NCBI GenBank assembly: GCA_049602735.1
Contig: JBMYRW010000001.1
Location: forward strand, 19,502 to 83,501
DNA: 64,000 nucleotides
Direction of reading: 5' to 3'
From: Thermoplasmatota archaeon
GTDB lineage: Archaea; Thermoplasmatota; E2; JACPAO01; JAHFTW01
Below are positions 9,201 to 17,943 of the stretch, piece by piece; within the stretch, counting starts at the first letter, position 1; every line of letters starts with the position of its first letter. Both the position numbers and the translations under genes were made by a program. Below the pieces are notes generated by a model. The model saw only the letters and a list, made by a program, of their open reading frames with translations, was not told where the DNA came from and ran no database searches.

Positions 9201-9944
9201 TTACGCTTCGGCGGGCTTCTCGTTCAGGAAACCCGTGCTACCGTACAGCACCGCCTTCTTGACGTTGCCAATGTGGCGGGTGATGTCGATGCCCTGCGGG
9301 CACGCCTCGATGCAGTTGAACACCGTGCGGCAACGCCAGACACCCGTGTACTCGTTGAGGGCCTTCAGGCGCTCTTCGTTGCCCTCGTCGCGGGTGTCGA
9401 AGACGAAGCGGCTCGCCTGCACGATCGCGGCGGGGCCGACGAACTTGTCGTTCCACCAGAAGCTGGGGCAGCTCGTGGTGCAGGCGGCGCACATGATGCA
9501 CTTGGACTGGTCGTCGATGAGCGCCTGGTCCTCGGGCGCTTGCAGGCGCTCGCGGCCGTGGGGCTCGTGCTTGGTGATCTGGTACGGCTTGACGCTCTCG
9601 ATCGAGTCGAAGAAGTGGTCCATGTCGACGATGAGGTCCTTCTTCGCCGCCAAGCCCTTGAGAGGCTCGACAGTGATCGTGTCCGGCAGGTCCTGCGCCA
9701 GCGTCTTGCACGCCAGGCGGTTCTTGCCGTTGATGACCATGGCGTCGCTGCCACAGATACCGTGGGCGCAGCTGCGGCGGTAGGCCAGGCTACCGTCCTG
9801 GTACCACTTGACGCGGTTGAGCAGGTCCAGCACACGGTCCGTGGGCTCCACGTTGTCGAGCTGGTAGCTCTCCATGTGGGCGCTCTTGTCGCCGCTTTCT
9901 GGGTTGAAGCGGGCGATGCGGAGGGTGACGTTCTTCTTGTCCAT
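9201..9944 (-). CDS. sdhB: succinate dehydrogenase iron-sulfur subunit
   Basis: Contains CAHGICGSDAMVINGKNRLACKT and the Cys clusters CIMCAACTTSCP and CRTVFNCIEACP. Confidence 0.9.
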   Translation of the reverse strand: MDKKNVTLRIARFNPESGDKSAHMESYQLDNVEPTDRVLDLLNRVKWYQDGSLAYRRSCAHGICGSDAMVINGKNRLACKTLAQDLPDTITVEPLKGLAAKKDLIVDMDHFFDSIESVKPYQITKHEPHGRERLQAPEDQALIDDQSKCIMCAACTTSCPSFWWNDKFVGPAAIVQASRFVFDTRDEGNEERLKALNEYTGVWRCRTVFNCIEACPQGIDITRHIGNVKKAVLYGSTGFLNEKPAEA

Positions 9945-9952
9945 GATCCACC

Positions 9953-11731
9953 TCAGTACACGCGCTCCACAGGTTCGTAACGGGTCACCACGACCGGCTT
10001 GTACTCCAGGCGCGGACGGCTATCGCCCTCCACGCTCTCCGGCAGGTAGGCCATCGTGTGCTTCATCCAGGTCGCATCGTCGCGCTTCGGGAAGTCGTCG
10101 CGGGCGTGGCCGCCGCGGCTCTCCTGGCGGGCCAGGGCCGCTTCCACGACGCAGAGGCTGATGTCGAGCAGGTAACCGAGCTCCAGGGCCTCCATGAGCT
10201 CCGTGTTGAACAGGCTGCCCTTGTCGGAGACGCCCACGTCCTTGTAGCGGCGGCGCAGGTCCTGGATGATCTTGCGGCACTCCGTGAGGCTCTCCTGGGT
10301 ACGGTAGACACCGCACAGCTCCATCATCTTCTCCTGCATCTCGTCGCGCAGGGCCGCCACGGACTCCTTGCCGCTGCCGGCACGAAGGGCATCCAGCTGC
10401 TTGCGGACGGCCCCCTCGGCCTCGGCGCTCGCCGAGGGGAGTTCGATCCAGTCCGCATCGGCGCAGAAGGACGCCATCGCCTTGCCGCCGCGGCGGCCGA
10501 AGACCACCAGGTCGAGCAGGCTGTTGGTGCCCAGGCGGTTGCCGCCGTGGACGCTGACGCAGGCGCATTCGCCGGCGGCGTAGAAACCGGTCACCTTGGT
10601 GTTGTCCGGCTTCCAGACCACTTCCGCGTCCACGGTCGTGGGGATGCCACCCATGGCGTAGTGCGCCGTGGGAGCGATGGGGATGGGCTCCGTCTTGGGC
10701 TCCACGCCCAGGTAGGTGCGGGCGAAGCCGGTCACCTCGGGGAGCTTCTTGTCGATGACCTCGGGGTCCAGGTGCGTGATGTCCAGGTGGACGTACTGAT
10801 CGCCCTCGGGGCCGATGCCGTTGCCGGCACGGATCTCCGTGTAGATGGCCCGGCTGACCACGTCACGGCTGGCCAGGTCCTTGATCGTCGGGGCGTACTT
10901 CACCATGAACGCCTCGTCGTTCTTGTTGCGCAGGATACCGCCCTCGCCCCGCACCGCCTCCGAGACCAGGACGCCGATGCGCCACAGGCCCGTGGGGTGG
11001 AACTGGTAGAACTCCGGGTCCTCGATGGGGATGCCGTGGCGCATGGCCAGACCGACGCCGTCGCCGGTGAGGGCGTGGGCGTTGGAGGTGACCTTCCAGG
11101 CGCGGCCGTAGCCGCCCGTGGCGAACATCACGCCCTTGGCGTGGAACGTGTGCAGCTCGCCGTTCTCCAGCTCGTAGCTCACGACACCGCAGACCGCCTT
11201 GTTGCCGTCAGCGTCCGTGGACTCGAGGATCTCGAGGACCTGGTGTTCGTTGAAGAACTGGACGCCCTCCTTGATGCATTGCTGGTACAGCGTGTGCAGC
11301 ATGGCGTGACCGGTGCGGTCCGCCGCGTGGCAGGCGCGCTCCACGGGGGCTTTGCCGTGCTCGCGGGTGTGGCCGCCGAACTTGCGCTGCGAGATGCGCC
11401 CGTCCTCCAGCCGGTCGAAGGGGAGACCCAGGTGCTCCAGGTGGATGATCGTCTCGGGCGCGTCCTTGCACATCACTTCGATGGCGTCCTGGTCTCCCAG
11501 GAAGTCGCTGCCCTTGACGGTGTCATAGGTGTGCCATTCCCAGTTGTCCTCGTTGACGTTGCCGAGGCTGGCGGAGATGCCGCCCTGCGCCGCGCCGGTG
11601 TGGCTGCGGACCGGGTACAGCTTGGAGAGGACGGCGACGTTGAGGTCGCTGTGCTTGGCGAGCTCCAGGGCCGCCATGAGGCCGGCGCCGCCGGCGCCGA
11701 CGACGACCGCGTCGAACTTGTGGTACGTCAT
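9953..11731 (-). CDS. sdhA: succinate dehydrogenase flavoprotein subunit
   Basis: Has the FAD dinucleotide-binding N-terminus [13 protein letters not shown], the motif [11 protein letters not shown] (covalent-FAD His region) and HGANRLG-like [18 protein letters not shown]. Confidence 0.95.
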   Translation of the reverse strand: MTYHKFDAVVVGAGGAGLMAALELAKHSDLNVAVLSKLYPVRSHTGAAQGGISASLGNVNEDNWEWHTYDTVKGSDFLGDQDAIEVMCKDAPETIIHLEHLGLPFDRLEDGRISQRKFGGHTREHGKAPVERACHAADRTGHAMLHTLYQQCIKEGVQFFNEHQVLEILESTDADGNKAVCGVVSYELENGELHTFHAKGVMFATGGYGRAWKVTSNAHALTGDGVGLAMRHGIPIEDPEFYQFHPTGLWRIGVLVSEAVRGEGGILRNKNDEAFMVKYAPTIKDLASRDVVSRAIYTEIRAGNGIGPEGDQYVHLDITHLDPEVIDKKLPEVTGFARTYLGVEPKTEPIPIAPTAHYAMGGIPTTVDAEVVWKPDNTKVTGFYAAGECACVSVHGGNRLGTNSLLDLVVFGRRGGKAMASFCADADWIELPSASAEAEGAVRKQLDALRAGSGKESVAALRDEMQEKMMELCGVYRTQESLTECRKIIQDLRRRYKDVGVSDKGSLFNTELMEALELGYLLDISLCVVEAALARQESRGGHARDDFPKRDDATWMKHTMAYLPESVEGDSRPRLEYKPVVVTRYEPVERVY

Positions 11732-12273
11732 GGGGAACCTCCCGTGGAAGGAGCGACCTTGGGCATCGCCATGCCATTGCCGGAGGCCGGCTCGCTGCCG
11801 GCGCCGCCGGTCTCGGAGCCCTCCATGCCGGGGTCCATGGCACCGCCGTCCATTCCTTCGCCGTCGTCGTGCGCCGCGCCGTGGTCCTCGCCGGAGAGGT
11901 CGAGGGTGAACAGCACCGCGGTGCCCGCCACCAGGAAGGCGCTGAACGTCACGAAGAGGAGCGTCAGCCAGGCGTTGCGCTTGGCGGGCTCATGGACGTG
12001 GTCGTCGATGAGGTTCTTCAGGCCGTTGACACCGTGGCCAAGGCCGAGGAACAGGAGCAGGAAGTCGACGACGATGAGGATCGGCCACGTGGAGAGACGG
12101 GTGATCACCAGGTCGTAGTTGAGGTCGCGGACATCCGTGTGGATGTGGTTGAGCCACAGGTGGAAGAGCGCCAGGAAGACCAGCAGGAGGCCGCTCCAGC
12201 GCATGTAGTACCAGAGGAACACCTCGCGGCGGTTGCCCGGGGCCGGCTTGGCCGAGCCCGACATGAAGCTCAT
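11728..12273 (-). CDS. sdhD: succinate dehydrogenase membrane subunit (SdhD-like) with Gly/Asp/Glu-rich C-terminal tail
   Basis: ATG at 12273 (MSFMSGS...) overlaps the sdhC stop as ATGA. Three hydrophobic helices carry His residues. Its stop overlaps the sdhA start as ATGA. The listed 259-aa ORF has a spurious N-terminal extension. Confidence 0.6.
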   Translation of the reverse strand: MSFMSGSAKPAPGNRREVFLWYYMRWSGLLLVFLALFHLWLNHIHTDVRDLNYDLVITRLSTWPILIVVDFLLLFLGLGHGVNGLKNLIDDHVHEPAKRNAWLTLLFVTFSAFLVAGTAVLFTLDLSGEDHGAAHDDGEGMDGGAMDPGMEGSETGGAGSEPASGNGMAMPKVAPSTGGSP

Positions 12274-12695
12274 GCGTGACCTCCGTGGGCGGCAGTGTCC
12301 ATCCAGGGCCAGCCGTCGTAGTCGATCAGCAGCGGCTTGGCGACGTAGATGAGCGCCAGGATCGTCAGGCCCATCACCACGTACCACATCTGCTTCTGGT
12401 ACGCCGACGAGGCCTGCCAGAAATCGACGATGATGATGCGCAGACCGTTCATGGCGTGGTACACGACCGCGGCGATGAGGCCGAACTCGCCGATGCGGAA
12501 GTACCACGAGTCATAGACACTGATCGCCTCGTTGTAGGCCTCCGGGCCCAACAGGAGCATGAAGTTCTCCACCAGGTGGACGAACAGGAACAGGATGATC
12601 GCCACCCCCGAGACACGATGAAAGATGTAGGCCAACTGGCCTTCCTTGAGTTGGTACACAGGCACCCTCCGACGGAGGGCCGACCCAGTGGTCAT
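12270..12695 (-). CDS. sdhC: succinate dehydrogenase cytochrome b subunit (SdhC-like)
   Basis: 141 aa with 3 TM helices, conserved His residues (FHRVSGV, VYHAMNG), and the first position in the sdhCDAB order. Confidence 0.7.
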   Translation of the reverse strand: MTTGSALRRRVPVYQLKEGQLAYIFHRVSGVAIILFLFVHLVENFMLLLGPEAYNEAISVYDSWYFRIGEFGLIAAVVYHAMNGLRIIIVDFWQASSAYQKQMWYVVMGLTILALIYVAKPLLIDYDGWPWMDTAAHGGHA

Positions 12696-12731
12696 ATAAA
12701 ACGGGTCGACAGCGGCGGGGCGGGCGCCACG

Positions 12732-12947
12732 CTACTCTTCTTCCTCTTCCTCATCCCGCAGCGCCGCCACGAACGCCTTGTAGTCCGATTCGCGGTCGAA
12801 CTCGATGGGCGTGCCCTGCCAGTGGCAGTCGTCGCAGACCCACTTGAAGAGCTCCCCGCCGTCAGCGAAGAGGCCGTCGGACAGGGTGAGTGGCCGCAGC
12901 TTGAGGCTCCCGCAGCGGAGGCAGCAGACGATGCGTTCCCGGCCCAT
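12732..12947 (-). CDS. small zinc-ribbon protein with acidic tail
   Basis: 71 aa starting at ATG 12947: MGRERIVCCLRCGSLK...WVCDDCHWQG, i.e. CxxC...CxxC, ending in EEEEEE. These are the only plausible coding codons of the listed 926-aa ORF. Confidence 0.5.
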   Translation of the reverse strand: MGRERIVCCLRCGSLKLRPLTLSDGLFADGGELFKWVCDDCHWQGTPIEFDRESDYKAFVAALRDEEEEEE

Positions 12948-13034
12948 GCGGGGCCACGGTGGGCGGCCCTCAAGGGGGTTTGGCTTTCCTGGTAGCGTCA
13001 CAAAGCGCTTGAGCGGAGGGGGCTTGGCGGAGGT

Positions 13035-13484
13035 ATGCGAGCATGGATGGTGGCCCTCCTGGTGGCCGCGGCACTTTCTGGTTGCGCCGATGACGATGGC
13101 GATGACGGAGCCGGCGACGCGGCCGGCGATGGCGCGGGCCTCATGGACGGCGATGACATGGGCGGCGACGGCATGGAGCGCCAAGTGGTACAGGTGACCG
13201 TGAGCGCCGAGGGCATCTACCCGGCCAACCCGAGCCTGGCCCCGGCTCGGCTGGAGGTCCCCGCCAATGCGACGGTGGAGTTGACGTACATCAACAACGA
13301 CCCGAACCCGGTCGTCGTGCATGACTGGTTCGTGGAAGGCATCGGAGCGCAGACGGCCCAGCTCGGGAGCGGCGAGTCGACGACGATCTCCTTCGAGACG
13401 GGCGCGCCGGGCGAGTTCGCGTACTGGTGCGCCGTGGGCGACCACCGCAGCGCCGGCATGGAAGGCGTGCTCGTGGTGGCCTAG
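13035..13484 (+). CDS. type-1 (blue) copper protein, plastocyanin/halocyanin-like lipoprotein
   Basis: Signal peptide plus lipobox (AAALSGCADDD), an acidic linker, and the cupredoxin ligand pattern H...YWCAVGDHRSAGM (Cys-His-Met). Confidence 0.8.
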   Translation: MRAWMVALLVAAALSGCADDDGDDGAGDAAGDGAGLMDGDDMGGDGMERQVVQVTVSAEGIYPANPSLAPARLEVPANATVELTYINNDPNPVVVHDWFVEGIGAQTAQLGSGESTTISFETGAPGEFAYWCAVGDHRSAGMEGVLVVA

Positions 13485-13538
13485 GCGCCCCGGCCCACAG
13501 GCGAACCGCCAAAGCGCCGCGGCGTTCATGGGTCTGCC

Positions 13539-14204
13539 ATGAAGCTGCACCTGGTGTCCTTCAAGACCTGCCCGTATGTCCAGCGGAGCGTCATCACGTT
13601 GCGCGAGAAGGGCATCGACTTCGACATCACGTACATCGACCTGGCGGACCCGCCGGCCTGGTTCAAGGCCGACAGCCCCCTGGGCAAGGTGCCCATCCTG
13701 AAGACGGACCAGGGCGTCCTCTTCGAGTCGGCGGTCATCAACGAGTACGTGGACGAAGTGACCGAAGGCGATCTGATGCCGACGGACCCGTGGCAGAAGG
13801 GCATCACCCGCGCCTGGGTGGAGTTCGGCGGCCAGTGCCTTGCGGACTACTACCAGGCGAGCATGGCACCCACGGAGGAGGCCCACGTCGGCCTCGTGGC
13901 GGACCTCAACGACAAGCTGGGCCGCCTGCAGGCGCAGATCGTTGGGCCGTTCTTCTTCGGCGAGACGTTCACCTTGGCCGACGCTGCCCTGGCGCCGCTC
14001 ATGATGCGCCTGGAGGAGTTCGAGAAGATGACGCCCCACTTCGACTTCGCGGCGTTCCCCGAGCTGCAGGCCTATAAGGACCGCCTGGCGGCCCGCGACT
14101 CCGTGCAGGGCTCCATCGTGCCGGAATGGCGGGAGCTGCACGCCGACTACATCGCCCAGAGCGGCAGCCACGTGGCCGGACTCATGGCCGCCACGGCGGC
14201 GTAG
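13539..14204 (+). CDS. glutathione S-transferase family protein
   Basis: Thioredoxin-like N-domain with CPYVQR, the motif GKVPILK...LFESAVINEYV, and a helical C-domain. Confidence 0.75.
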   Translation: MKLHLVSFKTCPYVQRSVITLREKGIDFDITYIDLADPPAWFKADSPLGKVPILKTDQGVLFESAVINEYVDEVTEGDLMPTDPWQKGITRAWVEFGGQCLADYYQASMAPTEEAHVGLVADLNDKLGRLQAQIVGPFFFGETFTLADAALAPLMMRLEEFEKMTPHFDFAAFPELQAYKDRLAARDSVQGSIVPEWRELHADYIAQSGSHVAGLMAATAA

Positions 14205-14209
14205 GCGGC

Positions 14210-15604
14210 TTAGGCGACCGGTTCGGCCAGGGGCGTCGTCCCGGGGCGGTTGCCCTGGCATCCCTTCACCCGCTGCGCCAGCAGCCACACGCTGAAGGCT
14301 CCTGAGAGCAGGTTGCCGACCGCGAGGCCCACGTACAGCCCGGGCGCTCCGGCCAACATGGCGCCCAGCCACGCCGCTGGCAGCACCGCCACCAGCAACC
14401 GGAACAGGTTGAGGATCATGGCGTCTTTGGGGTTGCCCAGGCCGTTGGCCCCGTTGGCGGCGAGCGCTAGCCAACCCGCGGCGAAGTAGGTGACCGGGAC
14501 GATCCACAACAGGAGGCGGATCTGTTCCTGCGTCGTGGGGTCGGGGCTGAACGCCTTGGCCAAGAACGGCGCAGCGGCGGCCAGGATTGCAGCAGCCCCC
14601 AGGCCCCACAGGAAGGCGAAGCGGCGGCTGTACCGCTGCCCTTCTCCGATGCGGTCGTAGCGGCCGGCACCCAGGTTCTGGCCCATGAACGGCGTCAGCA
14701 CGCTGCCGAGCGCGTTGACACCGATGAGGGCGACCCCTTCGACGCGCGCGGCGACCCCGATGGCCGCGACCGTGGCGCTGCCTTGTTGCGCGGCGAGCCA
14801 GGTGACGAAGCTGGCGGCAAGCGGTGTCAGCAGACTCGTGAACGCGGCGGGCACCGCGATGACGAGAATCGCTTTCCAACTGGCCGGCAACTGGCGCCAG
14901 TCCGGCGGGCACAGCAGCTTCTCGCGGACGATGAAGGTCCACGCGGCGGCCACCAGGCCGACCACGTAGGCACCGGCGGTGGCGAGCGCGGCGCCTTGGA
15001 GGCCCAGCGCGGGGAAGGGGCCGAGGCCGAAGATCAAGAGCGGGTCGAGGATGAAGTTGGCCACGGCGACGGTGATCATGATGCGCGCCGGTGTCTTGGT
15101 GTCCCCGAGGGCCCGCAGGGCGTTGTTGCCGGTCATGGGGACCACGACGAGCCCGACGCTCAGGTACCAGATCGTCATGTATTCCCGGATGAGCGGCAGC
15201 AGCTCCGGGCCGGCGCCAAGGGCACCGAAGAACACGTCGATGGTGAAGTAGCCCAGGAGGGACACCGCCACCACGGCGACCAGGGCAAGCAGGATGCTGT
15301 CGGTGGCGAGGCGGCGCACACGGCTTTCGTCGCCGCTGCCGGCTGCGCGGGCGATGACGCTGGAGGCGCCGGCGCCGAGGCCGAAGCTGACGGAGAGGAC
15401 GAAGAACACGGCCGGGAACGTGAACGCCATGGCGGCCAATTCTTGGGCGCCCAGGCGGCCGACGAAGAGTGTGTCGGCGAGGTTGATGACCAGGAAGCTG
15501 GCCATGCCCCACATCATGGGGACGGCGAGGCGACGCAGGGTGGGACCGACGGGTTCGTCGGTCATGCTCAGCCTTGCTCCCTTCTCCTTCACGTCGCCTG
15601 CCAT
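14210..15604 (-). CDS. MATE family efflux transporter
   Basis: About 12 TM helices. The N-terminus LRRLAVPMMWGMASFLVINLADTLFVGRLG is typical of MATE (NorM/DinF-like) transporters. Confidence 0.85.
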   Translation of the reverse strand: MAGDVKEKGARLSMTDEPVGPTLRRLAVPMMWGMASFLVINLADTLFVGRLGAQELAAMAFTFPAVFFVLSVSFGLGAGASSVIARAAGSGDESRVRRLATDSILLALVAVVAVSLLGYFTIDVFFGALGAGPELLPLIREYMTIWYLSVGLVVVPMTGNNALRALGDTKTPARIMITVAVANFILDPLLIFGLGPFPALGLQGAALATAGAYVVGLVAAAWTFIVREKLLCPPDWRQLPASWKAILVIAVPAAFTSLLTPLAASFVTWLAAQQGSATVAAIGVAARVEGVALIGVNALGSVLTPFMGQNLGAGRYDRIGEGQRYSRRFAFLWGLGAAAILAAAAPFLAKAFSPDPTTQEQIRLLLWIVPVTYFAAGWLALAANGANGLGNPKDAMILNLFRLLVAVLPAAWLGAMLAGAPGLYVGLAVGNLLSGAFSVWLLAQRVKGCQGNRPGTTPLAEPVA

Positions 15605-15616
15605 GGGTCCGCTCCT

Positions 15617-16234
15617 TTAGTCGTCGCCGCCCACGAGAAGATCCGCGACCGGCAGCCGCCCACTGGGCGGTGCTTCAGCGCGGCGGCGCAGGGCGTCCGG
15701 CAGCGCGGCGATGGGGCCTGGCCGGCCTACGGCGATCGCAGCGATCACGTCGTGTTCGTCATCGAGACCCAGCGCGGCGTGGGCGGCCTCGGGGTCGAGG
15801 CCACCCATCGGGCGCGTCACCAGTCCATGCGCCTGGGCCTCCAGCAGCAGTTGCATGGTGGCGGAGCCTGTGTCGAACCAGGCGTGGCGGTTGGCCTGGC
15901 CGGCGAGCCCCATCTTGCCGGCGTAGCTGTGGTCGCTCAGGGTGGTCTTGGCGACGATCCAGATGATGGCCGGGGCATCGTCGCTCCAGGCCCGGTTGCC
16001 GGCCATGAGGGTGGCGTCCAGGCGGTCGCGGTCCGGCCCCCGGGTGGCGATGTGGAAACGCCACGGCTGTTCGTTGAAGCTGCTGGGGGCCCAGCGTGCC
16101 GCTTCAAGGAGGCTGGCGAGGGTGCCGTCGCCCAGCGGCGTGGGGTCGAAGGCGTAGTGGCTGCGGCGGTCGGCGAAGCGGGCGTCGATGGGGGCGTCTG
16201 GCTGACGCTGGCTGGTGATCGTGGTCGTTTCCAT
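15617..16234 (-). CDS. nitroreductase family protein
   Basis: ATG at 16234 (METTTITSQ...). The motifs RRSHYAFDP, AARWAPSSFNEQPWRF and DTGSATMQLLLEAQAHGL match the family. The upstream part of the listed 314-aa ORF overlaps pirin antisense and is spurious. Confidence 0.8.
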   Translation of the reverse strand: METTTITSQRQPDAPIDARFADRRSHYAFDPTPLGDGTLASLLEAARWAPSSFNEQPWRFHIATRGPDRDRLDATLMAGNRAWSDDAPAIIWIVAKTTLSDHSYAGKMGLAGQANRHAWFDTGSATMQLLLEAQAHGLVTRPMGGLDPEAAHAALGLDDEHDVIAAIAVGRPGPIAALPDALRRRAEAPPSGRLPVADLLVGGDD

Positions 16235-16271
16235 GGTGGACTCCTTGGGAGGGATCAGGAGGGTCAGGGGG

Positions 16272-16988
16272 CTAGGGGAGTTCGAAGAGGAGGAGTTCGG
16301 CGTCGGTGGTCGCCAGCAGGGCGAGCGGCTCGTCGTGGCTGCCGGCGGGTGGCAGGGCGGCACCGTCGCCGGGTCCGAGGGGCGTGCCGTCCAGTTCGAG
16401 GCTGCCGCGGGCGACATGGATCCAGAGGTGACGGCCCGGCGTGGGGGCATACGTCGTCTGCTGCCCGGCGTCGAGGCGCCCCGCGATGATCGCGGCGTCG
16501 GCGTTGAGGGCGATGCCTCCTTGCTGGCCGTCTGCGCTGGCGACCACTTGGACGCCGGCATCGAGGTCGAACCTTCGCTGGTCGTATCCAGGCTCCAGGC
16601 CGGCAGCCGCAGGTTGGATCCAGATCTGCAGGAACTCCGTGTCCTCGTCGGCGCCGCTCATCTCCGCGTGCACGACGCCGGTGCCGGCAGTCATGCGTTG
16701 GACGTCCCCCGGTTCCAGGGTGTGCTCGTTGCCCATGGAGTCCCGGTGGCTCAGGGCGCCGCGCAGCACGTAGCTCACGATCTCCATGTCCCGGTGGGGG
16801 TGGGCGCCGAAGCCGGTGCCGGGCCGGATGGTGTCCTGGTTGATGACGCGAAGGTTGCGGTGGCCGCGCCAGTCGTCATCGTGGTAGCCGGCGAAGCTGA
16901 ACGTGTGGTAGGTGTCGAGCCAGCCGTGGTCGGCGTGGCCGCGTTCGTGGCTGCGCCGGATGCGCAGGGGTGTCCGGAGGCTGTTCAA
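16272..16988 (-). CDS. pirin family protein
   Basis: RGHADHGWLDTYHTFSFAGY...GFGAHPHRDMEIVSYVLRGAL is the cupin metal-binding pattern of pirins. Confidence 0.9.
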   Translation of the reverse strand: MNSLRTPLRIRRSHERGHADHGWLDTYHTFSFAGYHDDDWRGHRNLRVINQDTIRPGTGFGAHPHRDMEIVSYVLRGALSHRDSMGNEHTLEPGDVQRMTAGTGVVHAEMSGADEDTEFLQIWIQPAAAGLEPGYDQRRFDLDAGVQVVASADGQQGGIALNADAAIIAGRLDAGQQTTYAPTPGRHLWIHVARGSLELDGTPLGPGDGAALPPAGSHDEPLALLATTDAELLLFELP

Positions 16989-17374
16989 GCGGTGGCTCCT
17001 GCGACGGGGCGGCCCAGGAGGCCCTCGGGGCGCTGCGTCCAGGCGAGCACGCCGGCCAGTGTACCGAGCACGAGGGGGACCGCGAAGTCGCCGTTCACCA
17101 GGTGGGTGCCCACGGCGCCCAGCATCAGGAGGGCGAGGCCGTCGGCGGCCCAGAACCGGGTGCGGTTCACCAGGAGGCCGATGGCGCCGGCGACCTCGAG
17201 GGCCCCGATGACGGTCAGGGCCCAGGAGGGGACGCCAAGATCGTCCTCGAGGGGGCCGACGACGGCTTCGTTGCCGATCACCTTGTTGATGCCGGCTCCC
17301 AAGAACGCGAAGGCGAGGAGGGCGGTCAGAACCCAGAGTCCGATCAGCTTGCTACGGGAGGTTGCTCCTTCCAT
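16985..17374 (-). CDS. DoxX family membrane protein
   Basis: ATG at 17374 (MEGATSRSKLIGLWVLTALLAFAFLGAGINK...). It has four TM helices, and its stop overlaps the pirin start by 4 nt. Confidence 0.7.
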   Translation of the reverse strand: MEGATSRSKLIGLWVLTALLAFAFLGAGINKVIGNEAVVGPLEDDLGVPSWALTVIGALEVAGAIGLLVNRTRFWAADGLALLMLGAVGTHLVNGDFAVPLVLGTLAGVLAWTQRPEGLLGRPVAGATA

Positions 17375-17375
17375 G

Positions 17376-17482
17376 GGACCCACTATCAATGCAGGAGTAT
17401 TAGAGACTCCAGTCCCGCGGCGCGAAGCCTCTACGAACGCCCGGACTGATCCATTGATATAGACCAAGGACCCACTACGAAC
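17376..17482. promoter_or_regulatory. divergent doxX / hxlR control region with nested repeats
   Basis: Direct repeat GGACCCACTA at 17376-17385 and 17468-17477. Inverted repeat ATCAATG (17385-17391) / CATTGAT (17452-17458). CTACGAAC occurs at 17431-17438 and 17475-17482. The spacer is AT-richer than its surroundings. Confidence 0.35.
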
Positions 17483-17491
17483 CGAGTAGCA

Positions 17492-17866
17492 ATGGGTTCA
17501 CCCTGCGAGACCACGGACGGCGGCTGCCAGATCGGCGAACTGTTCCAGCTGCTGGGGCGCCCCCACATGCTCGACATCACCCACATCCTGTTCCGCGAGG
17601 CCGACGGGCCCGTCCGCTTCGTCGACCTCCAGAAACGCCTCGGCCTGTCCCCCAACACCTTGAGCGCCCGGCTCAAAGCGCTCGTGGAGGCCGGTCTCGT
17701 CACGCGCACCGCGTACAACGAGATCCCGCCCCGCGTCGACTACGAGGCGACCGCCAAGGCCCGCGACCTCTGCACCGTCTTCGCCGCGCTGCACGAATGG
17801 AGCAGCAAACACGACCTGCGTCCCGAGCCGACGGCGGAAGCGGTGACTGTGTTGGCAAAGGCATAG
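17492..17866 (+). CDS. HxlR family winged-helix transcriptional regulator
   Basis: CQIGELFQLLGRPHMLDITHIL...FVDLQKRLGLSPNTLSARLKALVEAGLVTRTAYNEIPPRVDYEAT is the canonical HxlR (DUF24) pattern. Confidence 0.85.
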   Translation: MGSPCETTDGGCQIGELFQLLGRPHMLDITHILFREADGPVRFVDLQKRLGLSPNTLSARLKALVEAGLVTRTAYNEIPPRVDYEATAKARDLCTVFAALHEWSSKHDLRPEPTAEAVTVLAKA

Positions 17867-17943
17867 CCATCGAATTCTCCGTACTTGCCCACCGAACCGG
17901 CGCCAAATTCAACATCAATGAATGCAATGCCCTTCGAAGGAGT

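Noticed and set aside
10058-12118. 686-aa plus-strand ORF antisense to sdhA/sdhD. Similar long antisense ORFs occur at 35672-37735, 60105-61919, 30584-32974, 5144-6469, 8158-8868 and 49469-50425.
   Set aside because: Each lies opposite a gene with clear family motifs and has low-complexity Ala/Gly/Arg/Val/Asp composition. These are GC-driven shadow ORFs.
12732-15512. 926-aa minus-strand ORF spanning the cupredoxin, GST and MATE regions
   Set aside because: It is Arg/Pro/Gly/His-rich nonsense composition typical of out-of-frame or antisense reading in ~70% GC DNA. It overlaps three well-supported genes. Only its last 71 codons (the zinc-ribbon protein, 12732-12947) look real.
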